A stretch of 60,619 nucleotides of DNA, the filler included, from Bonamia ostreae (taxonomy: Eukaryota): the NCBI GenBank assembly GCA_040357525.1. It is 8 parts of 8 records of this genome, joined end to end, with 100 filler letters (N's around TTAATTAATTAA, not from the genome) between each part and the next. Parts side by side here need not be neighbours in the genome. Positions count along the whole stretch, not along the records: positions 22,853 to 30,336 come from JBDODL010000080.1; positions 30,437 to 37,917 come from JBDODL010000081.1; 6 more parts are not named here. One strand, written 5' to 3'. The position numbers were made by a program, and so were the translations under genes. Within the stretch, counting starts at the first letter, position 1. Every line of letters begins with the position of its first letter. This document shows, in pieces, positions 22,860-35,534 of the stretch. The notes below the pieces were generated by a model, which saw only the letters and a list, made by a program, of their open reading frames with translations, did not search any database and was not told the origin of the DNA.

Positions 22860-23400
22860 TACACCCCGTTCCAAATTAACAGCCCACCTATTTTTATGTA
22901 CACAACAGTTACACGGGCGATTTTATCAATCATCATATCTCTGATATCTTGAAGTAATTGAAAATTTGGAAATTTGCAATAAAAAGTAGTTACATTTTAA
23001 GAAAACAGTGCGGCTAAAATTCTTCGACGAAGAAAAGTTGCCAAAATTGACTGAAATTCTGGTGAACAGACGATCATATAAAGCAATAATAGAAACAACA
23101 TTTAAAAGCGTTTTTGTTTAATTTTATCTTCATTTTCATCGAAGAAAATAATCTTTACATTTGGTCATCTCCTTCATAATCTCTTTTAAAGAGACAAATC
23201 TCCAAAATCTATTTTTTGTATGGAATTTTCTTTTTCGTTAGATTCGAATAAATAACGCGCAAAAATCGGGTTTGCTTTATACGCATTTATTATCCATCTC
23301 AAGTCGTTTTTGATTTCTTAAGCGATCTCTTGTGTTCTTTTTTGAAAAGAGCATTGAGAATGTACTTAACCAGCTGAAGAGGCTCGTTTATTGTGGATAA
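22860..23400 (-). mobile_element. Decayed Tc1/mariner-like transposon
   Basis: TA-flanked TIR-like TACACCCCGTTCCAAATTAACAGCCCACC. Minus-strand peptides KNDLRWIINAYKANP (HTH-like) and KIIFFDE (first D of the DDE triad). Second TIR not found. Confidence 0.5.
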
Positions 23401-23801
23401 TTATTTTAAATAACAATCTTCAAAGTGTACAAAACTGACTCCAACTTTATGAAAGGCGAATATGATATTGAACACTTTCAAATTGTTGAATGCCTGATTG
23501 AAAGGTTCCTTAATAATTAAAAATATGACCAAATCTAGCATGATGAAGAATCTATCCTTCATTTCGGTGGTTATCTCTCTTTTTAATATTTTAAAACAAC
23601 CCGCGAATAATCATTTTGTTCCCTTTCAATTATATAATAAAAACATTTTTCTATTAGAAGTACTTTCTGGTCAACTTGAAAAATTTTTCAATTGCAATTG
23701 ATTTTTAAACACAATCGCAATAAAAATTAAATAATTAAAAAACATAATCAAAATATTCGAAGCCTCATATTTAATCCCAAATGAAATTAATAATAATCGT
23801 T

Positions 23802-23873
23802 ATGCTGCTATCATACCATCCTCGTCAGAGGCTCTGATTGAGTACCTGGCAAGACAACTTTCCATGTACTGAG
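23802..23873 (+). pseudogene. Internally deleted 5S rRNA-derived sequence (possible SINE3-like head)
   Basis: ATGCTGC.ATCATACCA / CTCGTCAGA / GGCTCTGATTGAGTACCTGG / AGAC / CCATGTACTG reproduce eukaryotic 5S blocks in order, in ~72 nt instead of ~120. Confidence 0.6.
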
Positions 23874-24408
23874 GGGCGAAAAAATGGTGTAAAGGCCTGA
23901 GGGGCGAACATAGAGGGTGGATTCTCCCTGGTATATAAAATCAAAAAAATTTGGTTCCAAAAATAAAAAAACTGGTCCAGCGTCTTATTTCCTCTATTTT
24001 GCAATCAGTGAAAGGTCTTCGACTTATTTTTTCCACTAATTGAATAAGGTTGGAAATATTTTGTTCGGTTATTCTGATATCAGAATTCGAGATATCACTC
24101 AAGGGGAGTTGTTCAAAGTCGTTAAACTTAAATTTCTGTCCTACAAAAACGGAAAAAATTGAAATGTCAATATTTAAATTATGTCAAAAACATAAATTTA
24201 GCGGAAAAATTGAAATTAAATTGTAAACTTCGTAAACAGGTTAAAATAAGAGGTAATGAGCAACAAAGTTTTTTTAATCATAAAACATAAAAGTGGAAAT
24301 GATCATAAAACAACGCAAAAAAATAATTAAACCGGAAATTAAGAGATTTATGGCAACAAATAAAACTCTAAAAGCAGTTAAAAATTATTTGAGCGCCAGA
24401 TATAATAA

Positions 24409-24810
24409 ATGGCGAAAAAACAAACGACAAAACATTGGAAAGCAATTCTATCGCCCAATCAATTTAAAATCCTAAGACTTAAACAAACTGAAAAGCCATT
24501 TACAGGACAATACTTAAAACACGAAGAAGATGGCGTTTATAATTGCGCGGGCTGCAATTCGCCTTTGTACAAATCATCTACCAAATTTGACTCGGGCTGT
24601 GGATGGCCTGCGTTCTATGAAGGCGTCAAAGGCGCCATTGAGACTAGACCCGACAAAGACGGAAAACGAGTAGAGATTGTCTGTGGTCAATGCGAGGGCC
24701 ATCTTGGACATGTTTTTAAAAACGAAGGATTTGATGTGCCTACGAATGTGCGGCATTGTGTCAATAGCGCAAGTTTGCTTTTCGAGCCAACTGATAAATC
24801 GCTTGTTTAA
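24409..24810 (+). CDS. msrB: Peptide methionine-R-sulfoxide reductase
   Basis: TEKPFTG, CAGC, KFDSGCGWPAF, RVEIVCGQCEGHLGHVF, RHCVNS; intronless. Confidence 0.96.
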   Translation: MAKKQTTKHWKAILSPNQFKILRLKQTEKPFTGQYLKHEEDGVYNCAGCNSPLYKSSTKFDSGCGWPAFYEGVKGAIETRPDKDGKRVEIVCGQCEGHLGHVFKNEGFDVPTNVRHCVNSASLLFEPTDKSLV

Positions 24811-25199
24811 AATTTGTTAGCATTTTTTTGTTTGTAGTCCTTTAGAAACCAGTTTGTGAAGAGCTGATTAAGCCTCGCAATGGGAGACCTCTATTTCGAT
24901 GCCATAAATGCATTAATCTGTAGTGGCACATTTATCTGTATAAACAGGAATCCATTCGTTGTAATAACATTTAGCTATTTGTTGAGTTCTTTTGTAAGTG
25001 AAGTATTTGAATTTTGATGGAAATTTCTTGAAGATTAGTTCTTTAATCAAAAACTTGATTTTATTTCAAATCTTTTAATTTTTCTAGATCTTTTAAAGTT
25101 CAATAAAATATTTTTAAATGTAAAAACATTGATTTGTTTTATATGTATATGAAAAGGTATATTCTTATAAGTATTTGTTTCTAACTAATTTTTTTAAAT

Positions 25200-26235
25200 A
25201 TGGCAGAAGAAGAGCAAAGTTTTTCAGAAAATAAGATCGTTCTATCTTGGTATGAACCCAACTCAAATGAGAATGATTTATTTACATTTCGAAGAAAAGA
25301 TCGTTCGACAAATTGCAGTTATTTTTTTTTATCTGCAAAGTTTGTGTTAAATGCGATGAATGTGAATCTAAAATTGAAGATTACGAGATTTGTAGCTATG
25401 CAGGACATGGTGGAAATGGAGCGGTATTTAGAGGTACATTTAACTTAAATTGAAGTTGTTGATAAGGAAACACGCGAAATATCAGCTTTAAAAGCTATGC
25501 GTAAATTAGACAAACTAATGCTATGTATTAAAACAGAAGTAGAAGTTTCCGAAAAACTCAAAGGATTAGATTGTGTGTGCAATATAAAACATGTATTTGA
25601 ATCAAGTGAATATGTGTTTGTGGTCTCAGAATGGCTGGCTTGTTCTTTGGAAGATGTTAATAATTGTAATGAATTTAGTAGCTCACAAATCGGTTTCATT
25701 TAAATTATTCTAAAGGCAATATTGTGGTTAATTTAGTTGATGCAATGCTCACAGTTCATGACAAGGGCGTTATTCTAGCAGACATGAAATTAAGTAACAT
25801 AATGTTAGACAATGAGGGCAATTTGAAATTTATTGATTTTGGATGTTCTACAGATACTGATAAGGACGTTGGTAACAGAAGAGTCGGAACAGTTGGATAT
25901 AGGGGTTATATTGCCTTAAAATAATAGCACCAGAAATGTCAGAGACGGGATTAACAAAAGTTAGTGACTGCTACTCTTTAGGGGTCATTATAGTAATATT
26001 ATGCGGAATACCACAGGAAGATATTGTAACAAAGGATGAGCATACAAAGAAATACCATTCGAAAATAGAAGGCGAAAAAAACGTTATATCTGAAACTCCT
26101 TTCGGGGAGGATTTGGATTTGGTACTTCTCGTTGACAACTTGTTGGAAAAAACCCCGGAAGAAAGAATTCAACCTAAAGATTACTCAAAGATCCATATGT
26201 TTCATTTTCTCGACAAGATCTGTTTTAACATATAA
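25200..26235 (+). CDS. Divergent Ser/Thr protein kinase
   Basis: GHGGNGAV, SALK, LADMKLSN, IDFG, GTVGYR|APE, SDCYSLG. Introns 25318-25340, ~25434-25455, 25693-25715, 25905-25927. Confidence 0.85.
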
Positions 26236-26259
26236 CTGTAACAAAGCTCCAATAAAAGA

Positions 26260-27370
26260 ATGAAGAAGTTATTGCACAGAACAATAAGAGATGATTTATA
26301 TTTCCATACAACATCTGATGCATTAAAACTAATCGATGCTGATTTAGGCAATTTATATAATTTGGATTCTGAAGATAGTGTAGATTTGGAAAATAAATTA
26401 AAACTAAATTGGGATATTGGGCTTTTTGATTTTGATAAAAAGAGGATAGTTAATAGAGAAAAGTACTTGAAAGTATTCAATAAATCGAGTACATCAAAAT
26501 GCGGTTATATCTATTTAAAAATTTTTAGTGAAACCTCATTGCGAGTGTTCTGAGAAAGCATCAAGTTACAAACTAGGACAAGTAATCAGTTATGAAACAA
26601 ACTGTTTGGTTTTCGAAGCTGTAAAACTCGAGGAGAAATACGCGGTGAAAGGGTATTTGAAAACACCTGAAAATATAAATGAGGTTTTAAACGAAATTAG
26701 GATCTGTAGTCGATTGAAACATCCGAACATTCTAAAACAATTGCATGTTTTCGAAGCTCCCCAATGTTTGTATGTTATGACAGAGTTGTGTGAAGTATCT
26801 CTAAAGTTTTAATGTTAATTTTAAGTGATATGCATCAAGGCCAAACGGTACGTCAACTGGGCAATATGCTTTTGCTGGAACAAGACATTGGTTATTTTAA
26901 AAAAAACTTTATCTAAAGATGAAATAGCTGCGTCTATTGTGATTGTGCTAATGTATTTGGCGGCAAATGACGTTATTCACACAAATCTCTGTCTGCGTAA
27001 TGTGATGTTTACAAAATCAGGAATTCTCAAACTAACTGGTTTTGGCCGAAGTGTTGATTTGACTGGGAACACAAGAAATATTAAAAAGAAAGTGAATTTG
27101 GAATTTAGTGGTTTTATTTTTGAGTTTAAAGCTCCGGAAGTGCATGCTGGCTACGCGACTGTAAAAAGCCCTTATTGGAATCTGGGGATAATTTTGTATG
27201 AGTTAAGGACCCCCTCTAATACTTTTGTTGAAGACCGAGATACAAATCTGGATAGCAATTATATTAAATTCGCCGACGGGTGTTTGGAAAAAAGTACAAT
27301 TGAAAGAAAGGGGTTTATTCTGCAAAACAAATACCCAAAATACATAAAGGATGTTATTGATAGAATGTAA
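26260..27370 (+). CDS. Pseudokinase, tandem paralog of the upstream kinase
   Basis: YAVK and NEIRICSRLKHPNI retained, but HTN replaces HRD and GFG replaces DFG. Introns 26504-26528, ~26806-26825, 26891-26918, 27111-27131. Confidence 0.8.
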
Positions 27371-28321
27371 TTTTTAATAATTTAAAGAGGGGGTGTCAAT
27401 TTTTTAGGAAAGTTGACGAAGGAACAATATTTTAATCTTTACTATTAAATCTCTTACTCATTTTTAAACAACTTTGGAAATTTATGTTCCAGTTTAATGT
27501 TCTGCGTGATGCTGCTAACCCAGCGTATGCGAACACAAATATCTTGCAACGAATAAAATATAAACACAATTCAGAAAGTATTATTACAATTCGCCATGTG
27601 AATGAATTACTAAAATTTTTATAAAAATTGTTTTTAATTAACTGAAAAAATCGGAACAACCAAAATTTTTGTTGGATTTAAAATATCCAAATTTAAAAAA
27701 TCTAAATGAGAAGCGAAGTTTCGTAACAAAGACGAGAAAAAAGAATTTTAAAAACCTTTCCGAACAACAGATTGTTTGAAACAATTCTCAAAAATGTGAA
27801 AACGAACTATTGAAAAAGAATCAACCTTTTGAAGAAAAAGATGTAGACCCAAAAAGTTTGAAAAATGGTGGTGTAACAATACCTGTACCTATACGCTATT
27901 ACTAGTACAAAAAAAGAAATGATGGAGACAAAAGAAAAAAAAGTGGATCTGGAAAAAGTTTTTGCGTTCACTAATACACCAGTAATAACTGATGATGACG
28001 AGAAAACCATAAACAATAAAAAATAAGCGTTAAACAAAATTGCAGATTTTGAGGAAACTAAACATTGATATTAATTCAAATAAAAGCAACAAGGACGATA
28101 TAATCCAAAATGATAATTTGTCATTTATATTTTGCAACGACATCCATTTCGACCAAAGCACACGATTTCACTTGTAAATTGTTAGATAAAACTGGATTAA
28201 TAATTCACAACATGACCGGTTCATAAAAATTGATCAATATTTTGAGTCGATACCAAAACGGAAAGACTGATTAATAACAGAAGAAAAAGTTTTATAGGAA
28301 GAGTAAAATTTATTGAAAAAA

Positions 28322-28894
28322 TTAAATTTGGACTAAAAAAGAGTTTGAAAAAATTATCAATCTTATTAAATCGGAAATAATCGAACAAAAAAAATAATCT
28401 GTAATCAAAGCAGTCACAAATAGCAAAAACGTCGTTGAATAAAATCCTGTAACGACTACCGCAAAATATTTGAATTCATTACAATGCGCTGCCATTTCTT
28501 TTTCGTCAATACTAATTTTCGTCACAGCAACCCAAACAATACCAACTAAAATCATAAACATAATCGTCCCAGTAAAAGAAACCACAAAATCAGCCAAATT
28601 GATAAAAAACGACGAATTGTAAAAATTCTTCAAATTTCTCGCCATTCTTTTGATAACATTGTATAAAGGATACAAAGAGCTTAAGAGGCAACCGAGATTT
28701 TTCAAGAACTTTGTTGTTCTTATCAATCTCGATTTATTTCTATTATTACAACACATTTTATTATTTTTTTGGAAATTTGAAGTTTTTGCAACGCTTTGTT
28801 TTAGTGTTTCTGCCATTTTAGGATTTTTCTTGTTCGCGAAATTTTTTGTGTCTTTTTTATTTAATATTTTTTTAATTAATTCCATAAAAAACAA
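28322..28894 (-). CDS. Hypothetical multi-pass membrane protein (may extend to ~27700)
   Basis: 190-aa ORF with two or three hydrophobic segments; downstream hydrophobic ORF fragments. Confidence 0.5.
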   Translation of the reverse strand: MFFMELIKKILNKKDTKNFANKKNPKMAETLKQSVAKTSNFQKNNKMCCNNRNKSRLIRTTKFLKNLGCLLSSLYPLYNVIKRMARNLKNFYNSSFFINLADFVVSFTGTIMFMILVGIVWVAVTKISIDEKEMAAHCNEFKYFAVVVTGFYSTTFLLFVTALITDYFFCSIISDLIRLIIFSNSFLVQI

Positions 28895-29492
28895 AAAATG
28901 ACATTGAAAAAATAAAATTGATTAAAGTGCACATTGAAAATTTTGAAAAATGTAATAGGTTGATAGAAAAACAATAAAAAGATTATTGTGAATATAAAAT
29001 TTTGGTCGAACCAATAACATCGTCCAATTCTTTTTTGAATAAAGCTGTATCGTTGAATAAAAATTTTTAATATTTAGACAAAGCATTTTGGAAAAACGAT
29101 TACGGAAACAAAAATGACCAACTTTATGTTGTGATGTAATCGACCCTTCTGATTTATAAAAACAGATGCAAATTTCATTAAAATTTAGTAAAAACAATTA
29201 AATTTTTTAAATTTGTTTAACGGCTTATTTTTTATTTTTATCTTGTTTTTATGTTGTTTAACTCATTTCTTGTAGTGGTTCGTTCATTCCACTTATCTTT
29301 TCCACCTACTCATTACACTTAAAGTACTTTGGATTAACTTATAAGCGCCTACAATTCAAGATATTTCAATGTTTTAGGCGCCGATTTTTTCATCGACGAT
29401 TTTACATAACGGCTCCTCAGAGCACATGGCTCCATGTCTCTACCAAAAATTTCCAGGTCAATCTATAATTTCTCATATAGTTTTTTTGGTTT

Positions 29493-30336
29493 AATGGACC
29501 CGGTTCTAGAAGAAACGCTGTTTGGAGAAGAAGATGTCATAGTCCCAGACACGGAAGTCGACGTCGAAGAGACCACGGCTAAATCCGCCGGGTATCTGGA
29601 TTACATAAAGAAGAATCCAGACAAAAAGCATTTGGACGCGTCCGACCGTTCAGTGTTTGTTGACGCAATTTACAGGAACATCGGCCCGACGTTCAAAAAA
29701 GACGACGAGAATTTTGGCACTTTCACGCCTCAAACGATCGACCGACTGCAAGCGGAAAACTGCCTTCACGACATCTGCTACCCGCCGAATTGCGACCTCC
29801 GTTCCCAAAAATAAAAATTAGCCAACGTCCGAGAAAAGCTGAGCACGCCGCTTCCGCCCAGAGAACCCGCGAAGACGTATTCGTTCGAGTTGGACTCGTT
29901 CCAAAAAAGAGCGATCAATTGCGTCGAGAGAAACCACAACGTCCTCATCTCCGCCCACACTTCGGCCGGAAAAACGACCGTCGCGGAATACGCCGTCGCC
30001 AAATCGATCAGAGAGGGGACTCGCGTGATCTACACGTCGCCCATAAAAGCGCTGAGTAACCAGAAGTACAGAGACCTGTACGAGGAGTTCACCGACGTTG
30101 GATTGATGACCGGTTTTCAGGCGAAAATTTGAAGGCGATGTGACTATTAACGCGAGTGCGAGCTGCATTGTTATGACGACGGAGATTTTGCGGAACATGT
30201 TGTATCGCGGCAGCGAAGTGATTAGAGAAGTTTCTTGGGTCATCTTTGACGAAATCCATTATATGCGGAACAAATGTTTTCTTTGTTGCGAAACTTTTGT
30301 TTTCGTCAATCAAAATTTTTGTCGTTTTTGTCAATG
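29493..30336 (+). CDS. MTR4: Exosome-associated RNA helicase MTR4, 5' part, truncated at contig end
   Basis: [67 protein letters not shown]. Introns 29801-29821 and 30113-30134. Confidence 0.95.
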
Positions 30337-30436
30337 NNNNNNNNNNNNNNNNNNNNNNNNNNNNNNNNNNNNNNNNNNNNTTAATTAATTAANNNNNNNN
30401 NNNNNNNNNNNNNNNNNNNNNNNNNNNNNNNNNNNN

Positions 30437-31383
30437 AATAACAAATTTTAATAAAATCGAAATTTTATAAAAAAAGATATTGAAGGAATGCTTTGAAATG
30501 GAAAAATTAAGAAATGAATTTTATTTGCAATTGATAAAACAGTTGACAAATAATCCAAATCAGTTTTCTTAAAATTTAATTTGAACAAAATTTAAAAGAG
30601 GATCGGTCAAGAAAGGCAATGATTTGATGATTCTCGGACTGAACACATTCGGTCCCGGATCCAACTTTGAAAACCATCTTTATTATTATATCTTAAAGCA
30701 CGCGCCAGTTTCAGACAAACAACGCTTTTTAATAGCTTTGCAGACAATAATGCTCGAACCGAAAAAACTGGGGAAAATCCCGGACGGAGTGCTGTTCGAC
30801 GACATTGTCGGAGGAAAAAACGTTTTGCAGCCGCAGTTCACAGACAAAGTACCGCCTGGAGCTCCGTCGTGGCAAGATTTGTTGAATAGCTGGGACGAAC
30901 AAGACGATGACGAGGACGAAATTATGTTTACTGCTACAAGACAGAATTTGTTTTTGGATAACTATTATTTTTGTTGGTAACATTAAAAATTGTTTGTCTG
31001 CGACAACAAATTTTTATTGTAAAGTACTTTTGTTGATTCGTATTTAAAAAATCAAAAAAGGAAAGCAAGAAAAACATCAAAAATGGTCACGATGCCAAAG
31101 AACACAACTTTGAATAAACCAGTTGAGCCAAAAGAGAAAGTAGGAGGATGGGGAATGGGAAACAAAAAATCCCAAACGATCGAGCCGAAAATTGACAGAA
31201 CTTATTCTGGGCCTTGGGTCGAATATATGGACAACGAAAGTGGTTATCCGGTTTACATTTTTAAAATTTGCTCTTGAAAAATTGCTCTGAAATTTTGGCA
31301 AAATAAATTTTATTAATGAAAAGTATTATTATAACACGGAAACAGAGGAAACAACTTGGGAAAAACCAGCGGAGATGCCTTAG
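30437..31383 (+). CDS. C-terminal MyTH4 + WW domains (probable class IV myosin tail), 5' truncated
   Basis: NEFYLQLIKQLTNNPN..KKGNDLMILGLNTFGP..FENHL (MyTH4). In-frame intron 30926-31060 joins it to PWVEYMDNESGYP|YYYNTETEETTWEKP (WW; intron 31251-31323). Confidence 0.75.
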
Positions 31384-31642
31384 TGTATCAATAAACTTGA
31401 TAAGATCGATTTTGTTTATAAGGAATTAATTCTTAAAAATAACATTTTTGAAATTTATCTTTAAATGGTCAAATTTGTAAACATTAAAATCTTTACGAAC
31501 GAAGCTTCTTCCGTTAGAAACACCAAATTTAAATTTGTCGCAAAAATTTAAATCCTATTACCGCAAAAATAAATTTGTCGCTTAGAAATATTTTATAAAA
31601 TGTCGGTTACAAACGCATTCAAAATTAGTAAATATCGAAAAA

Positions 31643-34600
31643 TTACAAGGCAAAATTTACTTCGTCATTTAAAACTCGTTTCGCCACAACTGTCTGTGCA
31701 GCCGAGACATAGTCCTCCATATGCAAAGGATCGCATACTTCTTCATTGTCTTGGCACATTTGATCATCCAATTCAACTGGTCTCAAAGGCGGTATCGGCT
31801 TTGATATCCCGTCTATCATCAAAACCAGCAAAGTAAACAACATCACAGAATAAGCATAAACCGCGTAATAATAGCCGTCGTGCACCATTATCGTAAAATC
31901 GATGAAAGGGATTACTTCGATAATCGTCTGAATCAGTTCTGGAACTGCCAAAACTTGGATGAAGCCGGGGAGAATGAAGACTATGTTCAGAAAAACGATT
32001 TGGTTGTTCTCCAAATATTCGGTGAAAGCAGAACTGAAGCACAACGCAATGATCAGTATGGTGGCGAGTATGCCAGGGCCTGATAAGATTAACTTGAAAA
32101 GTAGACCGAAAATTTCTTTGAAGCCAGGGAGGTTCTGGAGAATGTTTCGCAAGGATAGGAAACCGCTCAGCAAAATTTTGAATGCTAAAATGTCGATTTG
32201 TTTTCGAAAAATTTGTGAAGGTAATAAATTTTAAATTTCTTTATACAAAAACGTGAAATAATGTCCCCGAGAAATCCATACAAACCCCCAAAAGGTGCAA
32301 GCACTATATCAATAAAAACAGCCACATCCATAAAAGGGCACATTCCTTTCTTCTCATCATTCTGCGCATTTATAGAATTATCAGAGGCTTTACCCGTTTC
32401 ATCACTTATCAGAGCTTGTATCTCTGAATTCGACTCTGCAAGGAATTCGATCCATTCGTTTGTTACACTTAAATAAAACAGAAACAATGACGCAAAACAA
32501 AGTAACAATGGTACTGTATAGATTGCCAGTTTCCCCATGTTGTTAAAATTAAAGGCATCTGTCAAAACAGTTCGCTCTTTTTTATATCTAAAAACCACTG
32601 CAATCGCATTCGATTTGGTAACAACAACAATTTAATGGTTGATTTCTTCTAAAGCAATCTTCATCGTCTAAATTTTGATGTCAAATTACCATCGTCGTGG
32701 TCGCAAGGAAATTTGCACTGATATGGGCATAATGGGCGATAATCTTTTATACAGATAACAATCAATATTAATAACATTAAATTTAATCTATTTTTAATGA
32801 AAAGATGGAACAAATATAACCGTAATTTTGAAAACAACAAAATATCTTTTTGAAAATAGCCATTGACAAATGACCACAAGTTTCCATATTGTTGTCTTTC
32901 GATCCGCACACTTTACTTTTTGTCATCCGCCATAAATCTCCCAGCATGCTTTCTTCCACCAATGCCCTTCCTTCATAAATCACTTTTTTCTCATTTTCTT
33001 TGTTAGTGCTACTGTTCATTGTTACGCTGACAACAGATTTTAGATGCAGATGAGTGTAAAAGGTATCTTCTTCCTTGATCTCATCATTTTTCGATTGCGA
33101 AAAGTTTATTTGTTTCGAACGTACTTTGGCGCACAATGTTTCTTTATGTTCTTGTCCGTCTTTGATATTTTTAAATAAAAATTAAATTTTAAACAATTAT
33201 CCTTTGAAGTTCCTCCAAAACTAATAATGGCGTAGAAGTATAAAAGTGCCAACAAAGAGAACAAATGAGAATATATCTTCCACATGAAGGATTTTGTTGC
33301 AACAAAACGAAAACTAAAGATAACAAAATCAAAGCTTCTAACGAAAATAAATTTCAATAGCAACAAAATCAAAAGACTGATTGTTATCAAAGAAAACGCA
33401 AAATAAAAGAAAACATAATAATTAAATCGGTTCACAATCGATTTTCGTTCCCAAAAACTTACTGAAACAGCCGAAATGGCTAGCATTCCAGGGATTGAAT
33501 AAGCTACAAATGTTAGAAAGCCAAAAGAAAGTGATAATTCTGGGAAATTTGTTAAAACTTGAGCAAATTTATTCAGTTTCTGAACAAATCTGAGCATTCG
33601 AAGAAGAGGTTTTTTGAAATTTTTGATTTTTTTCACTATTTTCATGACATTTTTGATTAGTTCGACTATCTGTTTCACAAAATAAGCTGGTGAACCGATT
33701 CCAAAAGGGATGGCCATCATTATAATGGCTACAACAATCATCACACAGACAATAATACAAAGTACCAAAGCAAATATGTCTGATACAAATCTTCCTACCA
33801 TCAAAACTATAGAAACCGTATCGTTTAATATAGAATAAAGTCGTTGGGAAGTTTCCAACAATACTTTTTTGTTATAATGATATCTTTTTATAAAACTTGC
33901 AATAAAAGGAGCAAGAACAATCTCTCGTTCAAACCATTTTTCCCCATTAATTAAATAAGAAATAATCCCACTGAATATCAGAAAATTTAGAAAAACTAGA
34001 GCAGATAAGCTTGTTACAAATTGATAAGAAAAAATCTTTTTCAAAACAAACAAAAAATGGCTGAAGAAAGTTATTGGATGCGTAATTATCAAATATATTA
34101 AATTGGTAACAAAAAGAATCAGAGCGTAATAAACAGCCACCGACTTTATTATTAAAAATATTTTTATTAAAATGTCTACAATCATTATTTTTTATTGTTT
34201 AAAGGGTACAAGACATACATTCACATTTGTTAGATATTTTCACATTTCACACAATTCATTTTTGTAAAAAATCAAAAACTTTGTCAGATTCAATTTGTTC
34301 TCTATAGCTTTCTATGATACATAAAATATAAAAATAGTAACAAAAGACGAGTACAAATGTTGAAGCAACCGCTCTATCTTGCCCAAACCGATACAATAAA
34401 TACAATTGACGAACTAAACTAACAAATTGAAGCAAAAGACAAAGATAATAGACCACAATTTCTTCATCGCTTACTGTCCAGTTTTCAATATAGAAATCTC
34501 TAAAATCTGAAAAAGTCTGTAAATTTTTGTGTATTTACCATTATTATGTAGCACATAAAAGTTACATTTGTCCCAAGCAATAGAAGCGTTATTTTGTTTA

Positions 34601-35464
34601 TTTTTGATTTCATCTCAATGCTTGGCGGGTCTTGGATATAAGTACCTGTCCAAGGGTTCTCCAAAAAAGTTTTCGAGAAATAGGATGAAATAAATGCTAT
34701 TATCAAAAACAAATTTATCGTTTGTTAAAATATTTTTATCAGAAATAGACAATTATCAATATGGTAAAAACATAAAGAGCAAAGAAGGAGATACACACCA
34801 GCAGCAATGTAAATGTTTTCTATTTGAACGATGTAATGGAAATTTGTGTAGAATAAGTTTTGTTGGTCTGGCACATCAGGGAGTGAACCTTCAATGTTTG
34901 CGTAGACACTTATATCATAATGATTCATATACCTTCCAGCTACCTTTATTAAATCGTAAATATTTTTAATATTGAACAGTTAAAAGTTTTGAACACACAT
35001 ATTAAATCGTAAATATTATTTAACAAAACACTGAAATTCAAACTTTAGAAAGTTTGAAAAAAAAACAAAAAAGCACATTAAAAAACAACAACACTCCACA
35101 TACAAAGTCGAAGACAAATTAATCCCACATGTCCGCCAAAACCCATCCAATGCGAAAGTCTTGAAAAAGCAGCTCTGTCATAAAAATCCCCAAATCCAAA
35201 AATAACTCCTTTGACAGTGACACAATCATACAAAATCAAAACAAGCACAAATGATTGGAAAACGGACATATAGATTTTTATCAGACTCCATTCTTCAAAA
35301 CTTATTTTGGCGTTGTAGCCAATACTTCCAATCAAAAAATAGACTGATGGAAAGTATACCAAAATCCTTATCAAGCCGATTAAAAAATTGAATAATATTC
35401 CAAAAAAAGTTTCGTTATAAAAAACAAAATTTTGGTCATTTTTGTCATCCATTTGTTCTTCCAT
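31643..35464 (-). CDS. Very large orphan polytopic membrane protein (multi-exon)
   Basis: Nine consecutive hydrophobic minus-strand ORFs; the junctions checked (near 35080, 34720 and 33160) join in frame through GT-AG introns. Confidence 0.55.
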
Positions 35465-35534
35465 GGATTTTTATTACAAGTTACAATGTAAAAGTGTTTT
35501 TTCATGAAATAAAAATTTGGTGCAAAAAATTTAA

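Noticed and set aside
23820-23890. Hammerhead or HDV-like ribozyme
   Set aside because: Core consensus not satisfied; better explained as 5S-derived.
24409-24810. msrB as bacterial contamination or recent HGT because it is intronless
   Set aside because: Same contig as intron-bearing genes, similar composition, and MsrB is widespread in eukaryotes.
26200-26265. Single dual-kinase fusion protein
   Set aside because: The available GT-AG joins give stops; the second gene has its own AGCT motif and ATG.
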